A stretch of DNA of 64,000 nucleotides, taken from contig CP068257.2 of assembly GCA_009914755.4 (NCBI GenBank), positions 30,784,001 to 30,848,000 of the forward strand. The letters are read 5' to 3'. This document shows, in pieces, positions 18,906 to 37,935 of this stretch. The notes below the pieces were generated by a model. That model was not told the DNA's origin and did not search any database. It saw only the letters and a list, made by a program, of their open reading frames with translations. The stretch comes from the human T2T-CHM13v2.0 reference genome, Homo sapiens. Both the position numbers and the translations under genes were made by a program. How positions within the stretch are numbered: position 1 is the first letter of the stretch; each line of letters opens with the position of its first letter.

Positions 18906-19732
18906 TAATGACTTCCACATTAGCTCCAGGAATAATTTCTGTTAAGGTGATGCCTGGCTTGACACTTCTGGTAACTCCTGCTGTTTATCTATTGCTTATC
19001 TCCAGAACCCATGTGATGCTTCCCACTTCAAAGTGCACTAACGCCAGTCAGCTTGAAGGCATCCCCTGAGCTGCTGGCAAACAAGGCCTTTTTACCCACA
19101 GATTAACCTCTTATTTGTTTTAATAAATGATCAAAACTTGGTTTGCCTCCTGTGCGTATGTTGGTTGGGGCCGAGACAGGGTGGTGGTGATTTCTGTTCA
19201 CCTGGGATCTCAGGCCTCCTGGTGTTCCCTGAACAAAAGTGAGGCAGGCAGAGCAATGAGCAGTGTTCCCCGTCTGCCTCGCTGCCATCAGTATTTCTAC
19301 CTGTGGTTGTCTCTGGCGCGTTATCAGGATGTGTCACTCCCTCGTCTTTGTTCCCTCTCCTTATATTTACCTTCACCCGGGCTGCTAAGTGCTGCGGGAG
19401 AAACATCGCGTTGTTGTGGAGATTGTGGCCACAACAAATTTAGGTTCCCCACCCTCAGGTTGTCCCTCACTGGTCTCTTCCTCATACCTTTGAAGAAAAC
19501 AACTCGTGGAGGTCGTCATATTCATAAAGGTGAACATTTCACAGAGCAGGGCACTGTTGTGGGTTGAATTGCATTCCCTCTCCCACAAAAGACTTCTTGG
19601 AGTCCTGACCCCCAGCACCTCAAAATGTGGCATATTTGGAGATAGTCATTACAACGGTAGTCAAGTTAAAATGAGGTTGATAGAGTGGGCTTTATCCAGT
19701 ATAATGGGTGTCCTTATGGAAAGGGGAAATTG

Positions 19733-19870
19733 GCCAGGTGCAGTGGCTCATGCCTGCAATCCTAGCACTTTGGGAGGCTGAGGCAAGAGGATCACTTGAG
19801 GCCAAGGTTCAAGACCAACCTGGCCAACATAGGGAGACTCCCATCTCTATCAAAAAAATAATAATAAAAT
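19733..19870 (+). mobile_element. FLAM-like Alu monomer (tandem copy 1).
   Basis: The segment ggccaggtgcagtggctcatgcctgcaatcctagcactttgggaggctgaggcaagaggatcacttgaggccaaggttcaagaccaacctggccaacatagggagac..aaaaaataataataaaat. Confidence 0.85.
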
Positions 19871-19871
19871 A

Positions 19872-20006
19872 GGTCGGGCACAGTGGCTCACGCCTATAAT
19901 CCTAGCACTTTGGGAGGCTGAGGCGGGAGGATCACTTGAGGCCAAGGTTCAAGACCAACCTGGCCAACATAGCAAGACCCCCATCTCTGTTAAAAAATAA
20001 TAAAAT
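19872..20006 (+). mobile_element. FLAM-like Alu monomer (tandem copy 2, about 95% identical to copy 1).
   Basis: The segment aggtcgggcacagtggctcacgcctataatcctagcactttgggaggctgaggcgggaggatcacttgaggccaaggttcaagaccaacctggccaacatagcaagac..aaaaaataataaaat. Confidence 0.85.
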
Positions 20007-20007
20007 A

Positions 20008-20701
<694 letters not shown>

Positions 20702-21204
20702 TTATGCTGCCACAAGCTAAGGAGCTGGAGGAAGCTGGGAGGGAGATCCTTCCCTAGCATCCTCAGATGGAGCGTGGCCCTGACAATGCCTTCATCTCAG
20801 CCTTCTGGCCTGCAGGTGTGAGACGATGCATTTCTGTAGTTCTAAGCCACCCAGCTTGTGGTACCTTGTTATAGCAGCCCGAGGCATTTAATACAGCAGC
20901 ATTCTGAGCCCTTCCCATATAAACTCTTCATTTAATCTTCACCACAACCTCCCTGCCCATAAGTGCTGTTGTTATTGTCTTCATTTTATCTTCGTTTTAT
21001 CCATGATGTCTGCAGCACAGACAGGTTCAGTAATTTGCTCATGGTCACTTGAGATAATAAAACCCCACTCTAGGGAACCTCTCATGCCTGCTTCTGGCTA
21101 TCACCTTTGCTCTCCCCTTTCCTCCTGTCCCCTTCCTCTCCATCTCCTTTATGAGGCCTTCTTTGTTGTCCCATCTCTTTTTTTGTATTTTTACATTTTA
21201 TTAA

Positions 21205-21336
21205 TTTTTTTTGTGGGGGGGAAATGGGGTCTCGCTATGTTGTGCAGGCTGATCTTGAACTCCTGGCCTCGAGCTACCCTCCTGTCTCAGCCTCCTGAGT
21301 AGCTGGGATTACAAGTGTGAGCCACCATACCCAGCT
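21205..21336 (-). mobile_element. Alu monomer-length fragment.
   Basis: The segment gaaatggggtctcgctatgttgtgcaggctgatcttgaactcctggcctcgagctaccctcctgtctcagcctcctgagtagctgggattacaagtgtgagccaccatacccagc. Confidence 0.75.
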
Positions 21337-22064
21337 GTTGTCCCATCTCCTAAATGTCTGCCTTCCCCAGCATCCCTGCCCCACAGTTCCTGCCTCAGTA
21401 GCCCCTCCTGAGCCTCAGCCACCACCTGTGCTGATGAATTGCTGCTCACCCTCCTCCCAGGCAGGATGCCCCATGGCCACTGCAGGCTCAGCCCATCCAC
21501 AACAGATTCACAATGCCTGTCCTTCAGGGCTGGATTTCCTAGATTTCCCAGCCAACGGTACCACTGGCTGAAAACCCTGCAGCCATGCCTAAATCCTCTA
21601 TATGCCCACGACCAACCCCTGCTGATTTTATGGCTAAATCCCTGTCTTTACAGTCAGGACCAGCTGCAGAATTTGCAAGGCCCAGTGCAAGATGAAAACA
21701 TGGGCCCCCTTATTCAAAAATCAGAGGAAAAGCACTGCTGAAGTACTAACATATAAAGCATTTTCTTTCTTCTGTGGTCTCTGTGTCTCAATTTATCATG
21801 ATACTGTCATTTGTTATTTAATGTCCTTCTAAGTAAAGAAAAATTCACATTTTAAATTACTAGCATGGATTATACTGTTCCTCTTTACATTGTGCAATGC
21901 CAGATTTAAATAGGAACATTGGACTCAAATGTGGAATCACAGAAATGACATAATTTGTACTTTGCATGTGGGTTTTTTTTGCCTCACAGAAACAGTGAGA
22001 CGTTGCAGGAAACTAATTCAGCTGTTTTTTGTTTGTTTGTTTGTTTGTTTTTGTTTTTTCGCCT

Positions 22065-22344
22065 GAGACGGAGTCTTGCTCTCTTGCCCAGGCTGGAGTG
22101 CAGTGGTGAGATCTCGGCTCACTGCAACCTCTGCCTCCTGGGTTCAAGCCATTCTCCTGCTTTAGCCTCCTGAGTAGCTGGGATTACAGGAGCCCGTCAC
22201 CACACCCGCCTAATTTTTGTATTTTTAATAGAGACGGGGTTTCGCCATGTTGGCCAGGCTGTTCTCGAACTCCTCACCTTGTGATCCACCCGCCTCGGCC
22301 TCCCAAAATGCTGGGATTACAGACATGAGCCACCACACCTGGCC
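22065..22344 (-). mobile_element. Alu, full length, preceded by (TTTG)n.
   Basis: The segment gcctgagacggagtcttgctctcttgcccaggctggagtgcagtggtgagatctcggctcac..gattacagacatgagccaccacacctggcc. Confidence 0.9.
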
Positions 22345-22860
22345 ATTCAATTGTTTTTGTTTCACTTTTTCACACCTATACAATCAACCACCACTCTCTA
22401 CCTTTGGCTTACTGATGTGTAAGGAAGAATTGAAAGGAAAAATAACTATGACTCTGCTATCTTTGCTTCTCCTATGTCATCATTTCCAGTGGAAGTGGTT
22501 GGCTACTACAGGGAATCAGATGAGTAGAAAAGGCTGGGAGAGAGTTCCTTGTTTGTTCCTGTTTCTTAGAATGCCATTGACTTGGTTTTCAATTCTGATT
22601 CTATAATAAGGGAAAGTGCAACCTCTTGGTGCTGTCAGCATCTCTCGCAGACTCCGTTGTGGACATAGTAGGCTTCCCTTATGCCCACTTGGAGCCTTGC
22701 TGGGCTCCCATGCACTGCGGACCCCCCAAGATTCTATGCTCAGGGCACGGCAGACACGCCATGGGGAGTGTGGTGGTAACTCATATTGTTGCTGGTGTCT
22801 CGTCTGCCCACGCACATGTTCTATTGCCCTGTTGGATTTTACTGATAAAACATAGATTCA

Positions 22861-23669
<809 letters not shown>

Positions 23670-24187
23670 TCACCTCCCACCTGGAAGCCTTCCTCATCTC
23701 TGGGGTGGGTCAGATGTAGCCGTTTTTGCCCTCTCCCTACACACCCTGCGTTTCCTCTCTCCCAGTGTTCATCTCGTGACGTACAATAAGCAATTGACTA
23801 ACTTGTCCTTAAGGCCAGGGCCATAGTGGGTCTTCTTGGTGACGAATGAGGGAGGAGCGAGCGCTTTTGCTCTCTAATGGCATCTGTGGATCACTAGCTG
23901 GAGGCCTTGGGACTCTAAGAGCCAAGCTATCCAAGTGCTACAAATAACACCGCACGGCCCCCGGTCTTTCCTGTTTCCGCTCTGCGTCTATCAAGGAGGA
24001 GCAGCTGTTTTTTGAAGCCCTGCTTTCCTTCTCACAGCTTTGCTCACCCCCACCCTGCTTGATCTCCAAACTCAGAGCCTTGACTTTCCTATAAATACAG
24101 TTTCTCTCCAACTCAACTTGATGCATTCATGCAGGGTCCTAGTTCTCTCTTTCTGCCATTCCAATTCTCCTCTTTCCATTACATTTA

Positions 24188-24649
<462 letters not shown>

Positions 24650-24902
24650 TTAGGGGTTATAAATAAACATTATCAAGTAGGTGAATTTGCAGCTACAGAA
24701 TCTGCAGGTAATGAGGATTGATTGTAGATGCACCAATGAACTGGAGGTCAGATTTTCAACTGAACCGTCCAGGAGATGGCCAGCAACCAAGAGCTAGAAA
24801 AAAGGATTCCTGGAGGGTGGTGAAGAAAACAGAAGTCTTAGAGGCTCAGAGACAGATGAATGTAATCCCTCAGCTGTCACCTGAGCTGTGACTATAAAAT
24901 GA

Positions 24903-25242
<340 letters not shown>

Positions 25243-26801
25243 TCAGAAGCGACCACCGTCAGCAAAGGAAGGATGAAGGGGAGTGAATAAAGGGTCCACA
25301 GGACAATTAAGAAAGTGTGGGCCCTTGGGGCCATTTGGTGAAGCGGAGCCAGGTCACTGGCGAGTGTGCCAGGGAATCAATTAAGGATGAATATGAAGCT
25401 GGAGGCCAGGCCAGCATGATTACCGTGTGGACGCCCGTATTTCTTTACATTTGCTGACTGTCAACCCGGCCTCCTGTGTTTCTGTGAAATACAAAGGAAG
25501 AAATGCTGTGACCTTCCCTCATTCTAAGGTGAAACCAAAGAAGGGGAAACTGAGAGACCTATCTGAAATCCTCCACCGAGCCAATGGGGAGGCTGGAATA
25601 GATACAGCTGGTCACCCGACCTGTTCTTTAGGCACGGCTTTTTGGATTTGCCATTTACATCTGCTTCAAGTTTTAGAAACTTCCAGGCTGTGGCTTTTTT
25701 GCTGCTTTGGGGGAACAAAGCATGTTTGGTCAAGTGTACAGTAAACCTGTCCTGCTCCTAAATCCAGTCATCTTCAAAATAGATTTTTGAGGTTTATAGT
25801 GCTACTCTCCAAATGTCATTATCATCCCTAAAGTGAAAAAAAAAGGTTTAATTATTATGAGCAGTGAAATTACCATATAATCTTCCAATTAACTGAATAA
25901 GGCACCAAATAAGTGCCCTCAAGCCTTAATTTCCACCTTGAAGTTAAGGTAGGTATCATGCTTACCTTGATCATCCTACACATCCTCAAAGTGGGCAGAG
26001 TTGAAAGGCTGTCTAAGCGGGTGGGATGGGAGGCGGTGCCCTTCCACCCTCCTGTCTGTTTGTCGAGCTCTGTTGGTCCTTCCGATTGGTTAGCGACCCT
26101 GAGTGTTTCTGAGAGCCTTTTGTTGTATGTGAGGGCAGAACCACTAATCTGGCCAATTCCAAGCAGAAAAGATCAAGTATAGATTTCATATCTGAGTTTT
26201 AAGTGCTAGTAAAAAGTTGCATTAAGTTATCAAATGCACTGTGATCCTGGCTTCATCGCCAAGTGGCTCTGCAGTTTGAGGATTACGCTGTGTCCCGAAG
26301 AAAAGAAAAGAAAATTGTTCCGTTTAGTTGCTTGGGGTAAAGGGGGATTGATCCAGTTACTTTTAAATTAATCTAAGTCAGATGGTGTTCGCTGCATAAC
26401 TTTCTAAGGTTGGTACTTGGTCAAAGAACAAGGTGTTCATTTTTATAGGATTGAAGGCCTTTGGTTGAAAAGGCATGAAGAAGTTTCTACCAGTCCTGTT
26501 TGAAATAAAATAGTAGTGTAATCTAAGGATTGTAATACAAGACCAACGCAGCACATTTAGAGTAACTTTTTAAAATTGGTTGACAGATGTCAACCAATTA
26601 ACTTTTTAAAATTGGTTGATGATCTCTCTCTCTTTCCGTAGATGTGTGTGTAGCATATCACACAGAGAAATCTATAAGCCCTGGGTTATGTTGGTTGCTG
26701 ATGAGGATTAATTAGAACCTACTACTCAATTATTCACTTTTGATCTGCTCTTGCTCTAGTAGTCTTCTTCACTGTGTCATTCATTCAAGAGCTGTTCATT
26801 G

Positions 26802-27108
<307 letters not shown>

Positions 27109-28946
27109 CTATATGATGACATACTGCTATATGACAAACTCTTGCTAGCTGCTGGAGATACAGCAATAAATAAAGCAAAGTCCTTGCTTACATCCCAAAG
27201 GGGAGAAACAGGCAACAGGTTTCTACGTAGCAAGATAAAGCAGAGTTAGGGGTGTGGGGCAGGAGGTGTGCTGTCTTGCAGAGCAACCCGGAAAGGTCTG
27301 ACTGATGAGGCCACATTGGTACAAGAGGCTGAATGAAGGGAGGAAGGGAGAAAGCAGATGTTTGGAGGAAGACTGCTTCGGGCTGAGAGACAGTCAAAGC
27401 AAAGGTCCTGAGGTCAGAGTATGCTTAGCATTTTCAAGAAACAAGAAGGCACCGTGGCTGAAGTCAAGCAGGAGAATGGCAGAAGATGAGGTTGGATGAG
27501 GCTGGATGAAGTAGAAGGGGCCCAGTGGCATGGGACTTTGGATTTTTCTTTGGAGTCAGAAACCCATACAATGGTACAATGGATTGACATGTGTAGACAA
27601 ATGCCGAGACAGCCACGAAAATCTGAAATCCATACATATAAATACACAAGTGGACAACTACATAGGAAAATCCACTTAAAATACATGCAAATATATGGGG
27701 GGAAATTATGGGACTTGATGAATCAGAGGGTTGGTGTACAGAAAGGGAAAAGAAGTAAGAAAAAGTGACAAGATGGGAGATAATTGGGTGACTATTAGAA
27801 ACCAATGTTAACTACAAGAATTCAAAGTCCAGGTGTAGCCCAGAACGAGGTTTCTTCCATTTGGTGCCTCCCCTGTCTTCTGGGGCCTCAGAGTCTGTCC
27901 TTGTCCCCTCTGTTGTCCACTTGTGACAGCAGACGGGGAGAGAGAGGTAGTGGAGGGTCACAAGGGGTCTCAAGGGCCAGACCTTCAAGTGGCAAACATC
28001 ATTTCTGCCCTCTTTCCATTGCCCAGAATTTTCCACTGGCCCACTGTACTACCAGGAGAGATTGGGGTAGGGCAGGCTGAGAAATATACTACTCCTGTGT
28101 GCTCGGGAAGAAAATATATTGTCTCTGCCTTGTCTGGACTCTCAGTTTACCTTCTCTCCTCTGTGGTTTGTTTCAGGACTAGGATCTGAGCTCATCACTT
28201 AAGAGTTGTCATAGCTATCCTTGGTCATCCCTAACTTGGGAGCCTCCCAAATATCTAAGAAACAGGCTGGTGGCTCTAGTTCTCTTCACAATTAACCTCC
28301 AGGTTCACTTTCTTAGTCTCACACCTGGGACTAGAGGAAGGACTTAAACTCATACCTAACTTCACCTTTTGATCTTGATGCCCCTGGGTGTGTAGTGCCA
28401 GTCCTGAGCCCTTGGTCATGGGGCCTTTCCTGTACCCTCAGGACCCCTGACTCATGGCTCCCCACCCCCCAACCCCATGCCATTGCCAATTCTCTAAATG
28501 CATTCACAAACACAAAAGAAAAGAACATCTTTTTCTGGAAAAAGACTTCAAACATGTAAAAACACCTTTTATTATTTGTTTATTTGTGAATACAAGGGTG
28601 TGGTCTTTTATCTAAAGCATTAACCAAGTGGAGGGTGGCAGGTTATAAAAAAAAAAAAAAAAAGCGGGTGGGAGGGAAGGCAAGGACGTAGCAAATTGAA
28701 TTCCTTTCTTTTCCCAGAAGTAAGATTGTGAAATTGGCCCCTGGTGATTAGGGGACTTTAGCACACCGATGTGGGGCCAGTGACTGATATTCTTATATCC
28801 TGCGTTCAGAGTGACTCAGGCAACGTCAACCCTCAGGAAACTCAGATTGCATTGGAAGCCTCTGGCTTCAGAAAAGAAAGAGAGGAAAATGTACAGCTCT
28901 TTTGACCTCTTCTAAATACTAGTAACTTTTTAGGTCTTAATTATTA

Positions 28947-29034
28947 GGAAGGAAGAAGGGAAGGAAGGGAGGGAGGGAGGGAAGGAGGGAGGGAGGGAGG
29001 GAGGGAAGGAAGGAGGAAGGGTGGGGAGGGAGGG
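28947..29034. repeat. (GGAA)n/(GGGA)n polypurine microsatellite.
   Basis: The segment ggaaggaagaagggaaggaagggagggagggagggaaggagggagggagggagggagggaaggaaggaggaagggtggggagggaggg. Confidence 0.95.
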
Positions 29035-29243
29035 TTCCCTTTTCCTCCAGGCTCAGCAGTGACATGTCTGGACTGAGGGCAGCCACGGGGCTATGTACTG
29101 GTCTCTGAGCTGTCTACCTTACATCAAGGTGCTCAGAGCTGAGAGGGCTGGCCGCGAGTGTAATTTGATTAGAGCTGGATTGTTCAGCATTGTACCAATG
29201 GAAGCTCTATGTTAATTAGTGTTCTTTAAGATTTACAGTACAT

Positions 29244-29543
<300 letters not shown>

Positions 29544-30031
29544 CCTTACAGTATAATTGTAATACCTTAGAGATGTGCAGTGGTTTATGGTAAAGAAAAA
29601 AAAAGATGCTTATGCCCACTATATCATTTAATCATCACAGCAAAACATGAAGCCACCAATTCCAAGAGGTGGCTATCACAGTCATACACCCTAATTCCTA
29701 GTGCTCTCTTTTATTTTTATTTTAGCTATTACAGATAACAATAACCAAAGGATTGAATATTTCACTTCTTTATTATTAGTTTGCATTTCCTTGCACATCC
29801 AGTGAACCAACTTCCCAAGAGTTGGATCTGTCTCCAAATTCCGGAAAGGTAACTTTCACCTTTAGTAACAGAGTGCAGCACAGCTGTGACTTCATACCAT
29901 GGGTGACCATACGACCATCCAGGAATCAAAGGTCTCTTATCCTCCATCCTCTCATTCTTTCTCTTCCCAAAGCACATGTTTCTATGAGACAGGGCCACAG
30001 CCAGCAACTCCCACTTCTGACACCAATTGTG

Positions 30032-30036
<5 letters not shown>

Positions 30037-30075
<39 letters not shown>
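30037..30075. repeat. (AC)19 dinucleotide microsatellite.
   Basis: The segment acacacacac.. of about 38 bp. Confidence 0.95.
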
Positions 30076-30079
<4 letters not shown>

Positions 30080-31784
30080 CAAAGTACTTTCTCTATTCTT
30101 TCACTCAACAACAATCAACACGGAATATTTTTTGTGACCAAATGTTTGGGGATTCCTCCCCACCAACAAGCAAACAATCAATTCTGCAGCAAATACCAGC
30201 TGGATATATACTCCAATTCAATTCTGACACCATCTACCTGGAGACAGCATCATATCCCACAGAATGAGTCTCGGTCCCCAAGACTATTGCCCTTCTTCCC
30301 AGCAGTCACAGTCTGGGCCTCCGGAACTTCTGAACAACAAGCTTCAAGTTGAGGTTCCCATGACCCCCTCCTTGGGTTCCATCAATATGGAGTGGCTCAC
30401 AGAAAAACTTTAGGGAAGTTCACTTATGTTTATCAGTTTATTATAAAGGCTATTACAAAGGATACAGATGAAGAGACACATAGGGAAAGGGATGGAGGAA
30501 GCAGTGCGGAGCTTCTGTGCCCACCGTGGGTGCCCTGACTTCCAAAAACCTGTACATGTTCTGCTATCCGGAAGCTCTCCAAACCCAGTTCTTTTGGATT
30601 TTTATAGAAGCATCATTACATAGGCACAATTGATTAAATCACTGGCCATTAGTGACCAATATAACCTTCAGTTCCTCTCCTCTCCCTGGAAGTTGGGGTT
30701 GGGCTCAAAGTCCCAACTCTTTAATCTTGCCTTGGTCTTTCCAGGGACCAGTCCCCATCCTGAAGCTAGCTAGGGGCTGCCAGCCATCAGTCAACTTATT
30801 AGCATACAAAAACACATCACTTTGGAGATTCTAAGGGTTTTAGGAGTTGTATGGAAGGAAACACGTGAAAGATCAAATATATATTTCACAATATCGCACT
30901 CCTGTAGAACACTTTGGGACACATACCATGATTCTTTGAAAATCAGTTATTTACATCATTCTGGTATAAATCAATGAAAATGACCAAGGCAAGTTGTAAT
31001 CATTTTAGGGGGTTTATTTGCCAAAGTTAAGGACACCCACTGGGGAGACAGGTCTATGCCTTTCTCCAAAGATAATTTTGAGGGCTTCAATATTTAAAGG
31101 GGAAAGGATGGATATTGGGGGAATATACAATTTTCATAGGAGGGTGAGTAGAGGAAATAGTCATTCATGCTGTCACTTGTCCGGCTAAGGGAATCTGCAA
31201 TTTTACATAAGATAACGTAAACAATAGTGCAGAGGAAGCAATCAGATATACATTTGCCTCAGGCGAGCAGAAGGATGACTTTGAGTTCTGTCCTGTCCCA
31301 TTCCACATCTGTGGATAAGCTATCAATTGACATTGCCAGGGTGAAATTCAACAGAAATATTTTCAAGTAAAGATCTTGGGGCCTGCAAGGAATCTCCTTG
31401 TGAGCAAAAGGTGAGCGATGTATGTAGCTTTTTATCTTTGTAGCCGTCTTAGTTAGGAACCAAATGGGAGGCAGGTTTGTGCGACCCAGTTCCCAGCTTG
31501 ACTGTTCCCTTTGGCTTAGTAAGTATGGGGCCCCAAGATTTATTTTCCTCTCACACTGGTCTTTCTATAGTCACTGGATTATTTGAATATTAATGGATTT
31601 TCCTTGTAAATGTGATGAGGATGACGATCCCAAGAAGGACTTCCCTGTGTCTTTCAGAAGACAGAGGAGAGCTCCTGCCACTCTTAGGGGTTCATGTCGT
31701 GAACTCTTCATCTGTATTCAAAAAATGAAAACCTAAGAACTTTGGTCTAAGCTGTTCTAAGATTTGCTCAACCCAAACCTTTCA

Positions 31785-32464
<680 letters not shown>

Positions 32465-33101
32465 TCATTAACAAACAGCTGCATTAGTAGTTGTTCTTTA
32501 AAAAGGATCTCTCTTCAACCAGCCAAGAAACCAAGGTGTGGGAAGTTCAGTGGCATGACTCTGCCCAGCACACTGGAATGCATGAGCTTGCCTACCGGGA
32601 AAGCAGCATGCCGGAAAGGGTGTGAGATTGGGAGCAGCTCATCTGTCATCTGCCTTTTGTTTAAGGACAACCTTGGCAGCTGGCTCCTGCTCCACCCCAC
32701 TTCCTACCTTCATCCTGGGAGACGCCTGGTCCACAGGGCATCTTCACTCTCAGTCCTGGCATCCTTGTTTCCAGCAACCTTCTCCACCAACCTCTCCTAC
32801 CTCCTTCCATGGCCACTCCTGGACATTTCCATAACCTGCAAATCCACCTTGAAATCACTCCTCAAACAACTCGTGGGCACAGCCTCCTGCCTTTCCAGCC
32901 TGCTGTGTGATTCCCTCACTCTGACCTTGCTGGTCCTCATTAGGAACTCTGGTCCCTTGCGCCCCTCCCCTCTTCTGTGCTCATTTCCTTTCTTACATTT
33001 AGCTTGGAGCCCACGGTTCATCATTTTGAGCCGTCTCTTGACAATATCCCCCTTCAAACTTGTCGGACCATAACCCATGGTAAGAAATCTAATAGGTATG
33101 A

Positions 33102-33366
33102 GCCTGGCGCAGTGGCTCACACCTGTAATCCCAGCACTTTGGGAGGCTGAGGTGGGTGGATCACTTGAGGTCAGGAGTTCCAGACCAGCCTAGCCAAAAA
33201 CAGAAATTAGCTGGGCATGGTGGCGGGCACTGTAGTCCCAGCTACTCCAGAGGCTGAGGCAGAACTGCTTGAACCAGGGAGGTGGAGGTTGCAGTCAACC
33301 AAAATCACGCCACTGCACTCCAGCCTGGGTGACAAAGGGAGACTCCGTCTCGGTGGGGGGAAAAGG
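33102..33366 (+). mobile_element. Alu with an internal deletion. TSD is GAAATCTAATA.
   Basis: Starts gcctggcgcagtggctcacacc..gaccagcctagccaaaaacagaaattagctggg.. with a shortened middle. Flanked by gaaatctaata. Confidence 0.85.
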
Positions 33367-33681
33367 AAAGAAATCTAATACATACGATCTAAGGGTCATG
33401 TGCATATGTATTTATCTGTACACATACATATATGCACAAGCCTCTTTCACTTTAACTCAATCACAATTATTTAAAAATCTCTCTCTGAACATCAGTTCTT
33501 ACAGCTATGTTTCTCTTTTTTTTTTTTGATAACTTAATCACATCTGCCAAGTCCCTTTTACCATGAATGTCTGGTAACATAATCACTGATCCTGGGGATT
33601 AAGGCCTGTGGACATCTTTGGGGGCCGTTATTCTGCCTACCACATGGACCATCTTTGACTTTCTTCACTTCCACTCACTTT

Positions 33682-33988
<307 letters not shown>

Positions 33989-34609
33989 CTCCACTCACTT
34001 TTCAACCTTTTCCGAACAAGCTTCTGTCCCCATCCCCCATCCCATATGGTTTCAAAATGGTTCTTGATGGCCTCCATGTTGCTGAAACCATGGGGTTGTT
34101 CTAATTGTCCTTCTTCCTGACCTTTTGGCACTGTGGACCAAACAGAATGGGGCATGGGCAGGCACCCTGGAGGACCAGAGCATTTGGGCAGCCTGTCCTG
34201 CTGTCACCCAGCAGCCCATCCTCGTGGGACTGAGGCTGGCTACAGAAGGCATTCCGCACCCGCTTGCTCCATGAGTTATCCAGGGCTCCATGTGCCTAGG
34301 CTTTCTTTATTGTTTAAAAGTGTAGGTCAGATAACTACAGGTGAAGTTTTCTTAAACATTTTTGTTTACATATCCAAAGTGGATAACTGGGTGAGCTTTC
34401 ACAAAGTAAAGCACATGCCTGCCATCAGATCAAGGAACAGGACATGATGGCCAGCTCGCCCGAGCTCCTCGTTCTCCCCTCCCTAACGCTAGCTCCTCTC
34501 CTCCCATAGGTAATGCTATCCTGGGGCCGAGGTGATAAGGATTTTTTTTTCCTTTTAAATAGACTTAATGTGTTAGAGAAGTTCTAGGTTCATAGAAAAA
34601 TGGAGAAGA

Positions 34610-35169
<560 letters not shown>

Positions 35170-35550
35170 TCATAATCAATAAACCTACATTGACAAATCA
35201 CTATCACCCAGAGTCCATAGTTTACATGAGGGCTCACTTTTGGTGTTGTACGTTGCATGGGTTTGGACGTATGGACAATGACGTGGCTCCACCATTGTGG
35301 TATCACACAGGGTAGTTGCAATGCCCAAAAAGTCCTCTGTGTTCCACCAATTCATTCCTCCTTTCTCCTGACCTCTGGCAACCATGGATATTTTCGCTGT
35401 CTCCATAGTTGTGGTTTATCCAGAATGTCATATAGTTGGAATCAGACAGTACACAGCCTTTTCAGATTGGCTTCTTTCACTTAGGAATATGCATTTAAGG
35501 TTTCTCCATGTCTTTTTGTGGTTTGATAGCTCATTTCATTTTAGTGCTAA

Positions 35551-35918
<368 letters not shown>

Positions 35919-37547
35919 TGAAGAAGGAATTGAACTGAGTGTAGGGCAGGTTGTACTGCTGACGTGTCTTCTTTGTACTTGGAATGTGCTAGGACTGATA
36001 TACTTCAAAGTGCAAAGCACCTGAAGGATCTGGCATTAGTCAATTCTATGCACTGAGCTTCTGCCCCCAGAATACCACTCTCAGAATAAGAATATGGTAA
36101 GGCCAGTTGGATAGGTGGGGCATGGATTGGAGGCTCAGGCCACTGCACCGCACGTACAGGTCTTGATGTAAATGGTCTGGAGGAGGTCAAGTTCTGTTTA
36201 GCGGGGATAGACTATGTGACAGAGTGAAGAAAGATAATGGTCTAAACGCAGCAAAAGTTTCATTCCCACTCACGTGACAGTCTGTGGAGCAGGCAGCTCC
36301 TCTCTTCATGAACCTGGGACCCAGGTATCTTCCATCTTGTGGCTCTGCTTCTCTGGAGCCTTGTCATTTTTTTTTTTTTTCATCTAGCTACAGTGACAAG
36401 ATCTTTTGGATAAGCCATGAATATTAAACCAAAGGCAAACTCTGAAAATTGATTTGATGTGTGGTCAGCTGCTTATTTATTCCCCGGACCACAGTCCGGG
36501 GAATGCTGGGGTGATGGACAAGAAGGTTTTCATGAGGAGGCTGAAGAGATCTAAGTATAGGGGTGCCAGCCTGGGGCACTTCAGAAGGGGCACTGGCCTA
36601 GGGGTAGCATCAGGGTGACCCTGAGTTCCCTGGGGCAGGGTGTGGCTCATGACAGGGTGCTGAGAACCCACCAAGAAGGCTGGAATTTTCAGTACTCATT
36701 GTTTTATGAGGGCCTGCCTGTGTGCCAGGCGGGAAGACACTGACCAGAGGCCCAGGGCCACTGAGGGGTCTTGGCCTGGTCTCTTGGTGCCTGGGGGGTA
36801 CACTGTGCAAGCAATGATGTAGTTCCAAGGGGCAGGACTCTGACCCACACTCCTGGTGCCAATGTCCGTTTTGCCACTCATGTTAGATTTTGCTTCTCTA
36901 AGTGAACTTACTCAGGATAGCTGGGTTCTTGGCCATTCTTCCAGTGGTTTTCAAGGGTGAAAAAAGGAGTTTCAGCAAGACAGCTAACGTCTGGATGAAC
37001 GTGCCAGGAAATGTCTGTAGCCTTCCTCTAGAGAGCACTCTGGGCTGGTGGGCGTGAGGACCCCAGGGCAGGCTGGCTCAGCCCCTTTGACTTCAGATTT
37101 CAGGGAAGGCCAGGGAGCTGGATTGGGCGCCTGGATTTTCCGAGAATTATGTTTCTGAGAGGATTTTGAAACCTAAACAGGAATACTTTACACACAGGTC
37201 ATCGAGCAGGAATCGGGAAGTTCCTAAGCTGCCCTCCTTCACGCCACCTCCTCCCTTCAGAGACCAAGGGCTGCCAAGCTGTCTCCCACACACCTCAGTG
37301 AAAAGTCCCTGGCTCTCCTCCCAGCCGCCTCGCTGTGACCTCGTGAGGTGTGAGAAGGAGGAAGGGGATCTACATTCTGGATGAACCTTCCTTCCTCCTT
37401 GCCGAGAAATAGTTTAGGCCCCTGCGCCTGCTGGGCCTCAGAGCTTCTCAGAGCCCAGGGCTGAGTGTGGCTCCTGCAAGCTGCCTGGGAATTCCATGGA
37501 GTCTGACTGGCTGCCTGTCTTATTCACAGTCTGCTGCAACCCCTTTC

Positions 37548-37935
37548 CTAAGCTTGGGTGGCTGAAAACAACAGAAATTCATCCTCTCACAGTTCTGGAG
37601 GCCACAGTCTGAATCCAGGTGTTGGCAGGGCTGTGCTGCCTTTGAAGGTTCTAGGGAAGAATCCTTCCTGGCCTTTTCCAGCTTTGGGTGGTGGCCGGCA
37701 ACGCTCGGCATTCCTTGGCTTCAGGTGCATCATTCCAGCTGCAGATGGCTGTCTTCCCTCTGTGTCTCTTCTTTTCTTCTTATAAGGACACCGGTTATAT
37801 GGTGTTAAGGGCCCACCTTACTCCAGTATGTCACCAACTTAATTCATTACATCTGCAACCACCCTATTTCCAAATGTCACATTCTGGGGTTCCTGATGAA
37901 CGTGAATTTGAGGGGACATCATTCAACCCACAGCA
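37548..37935 (-). mobile_element. The same ancient LTR-like family, 5'-truncated.
   Basis: The segment aacaacagaaattcatcctctcacagttctggaggccacagtct..cttataaggacaccggttatatggtgttaagggcccacc..gaatttgaggggacatcattcaacccacagca is present. Confidence 0.6.
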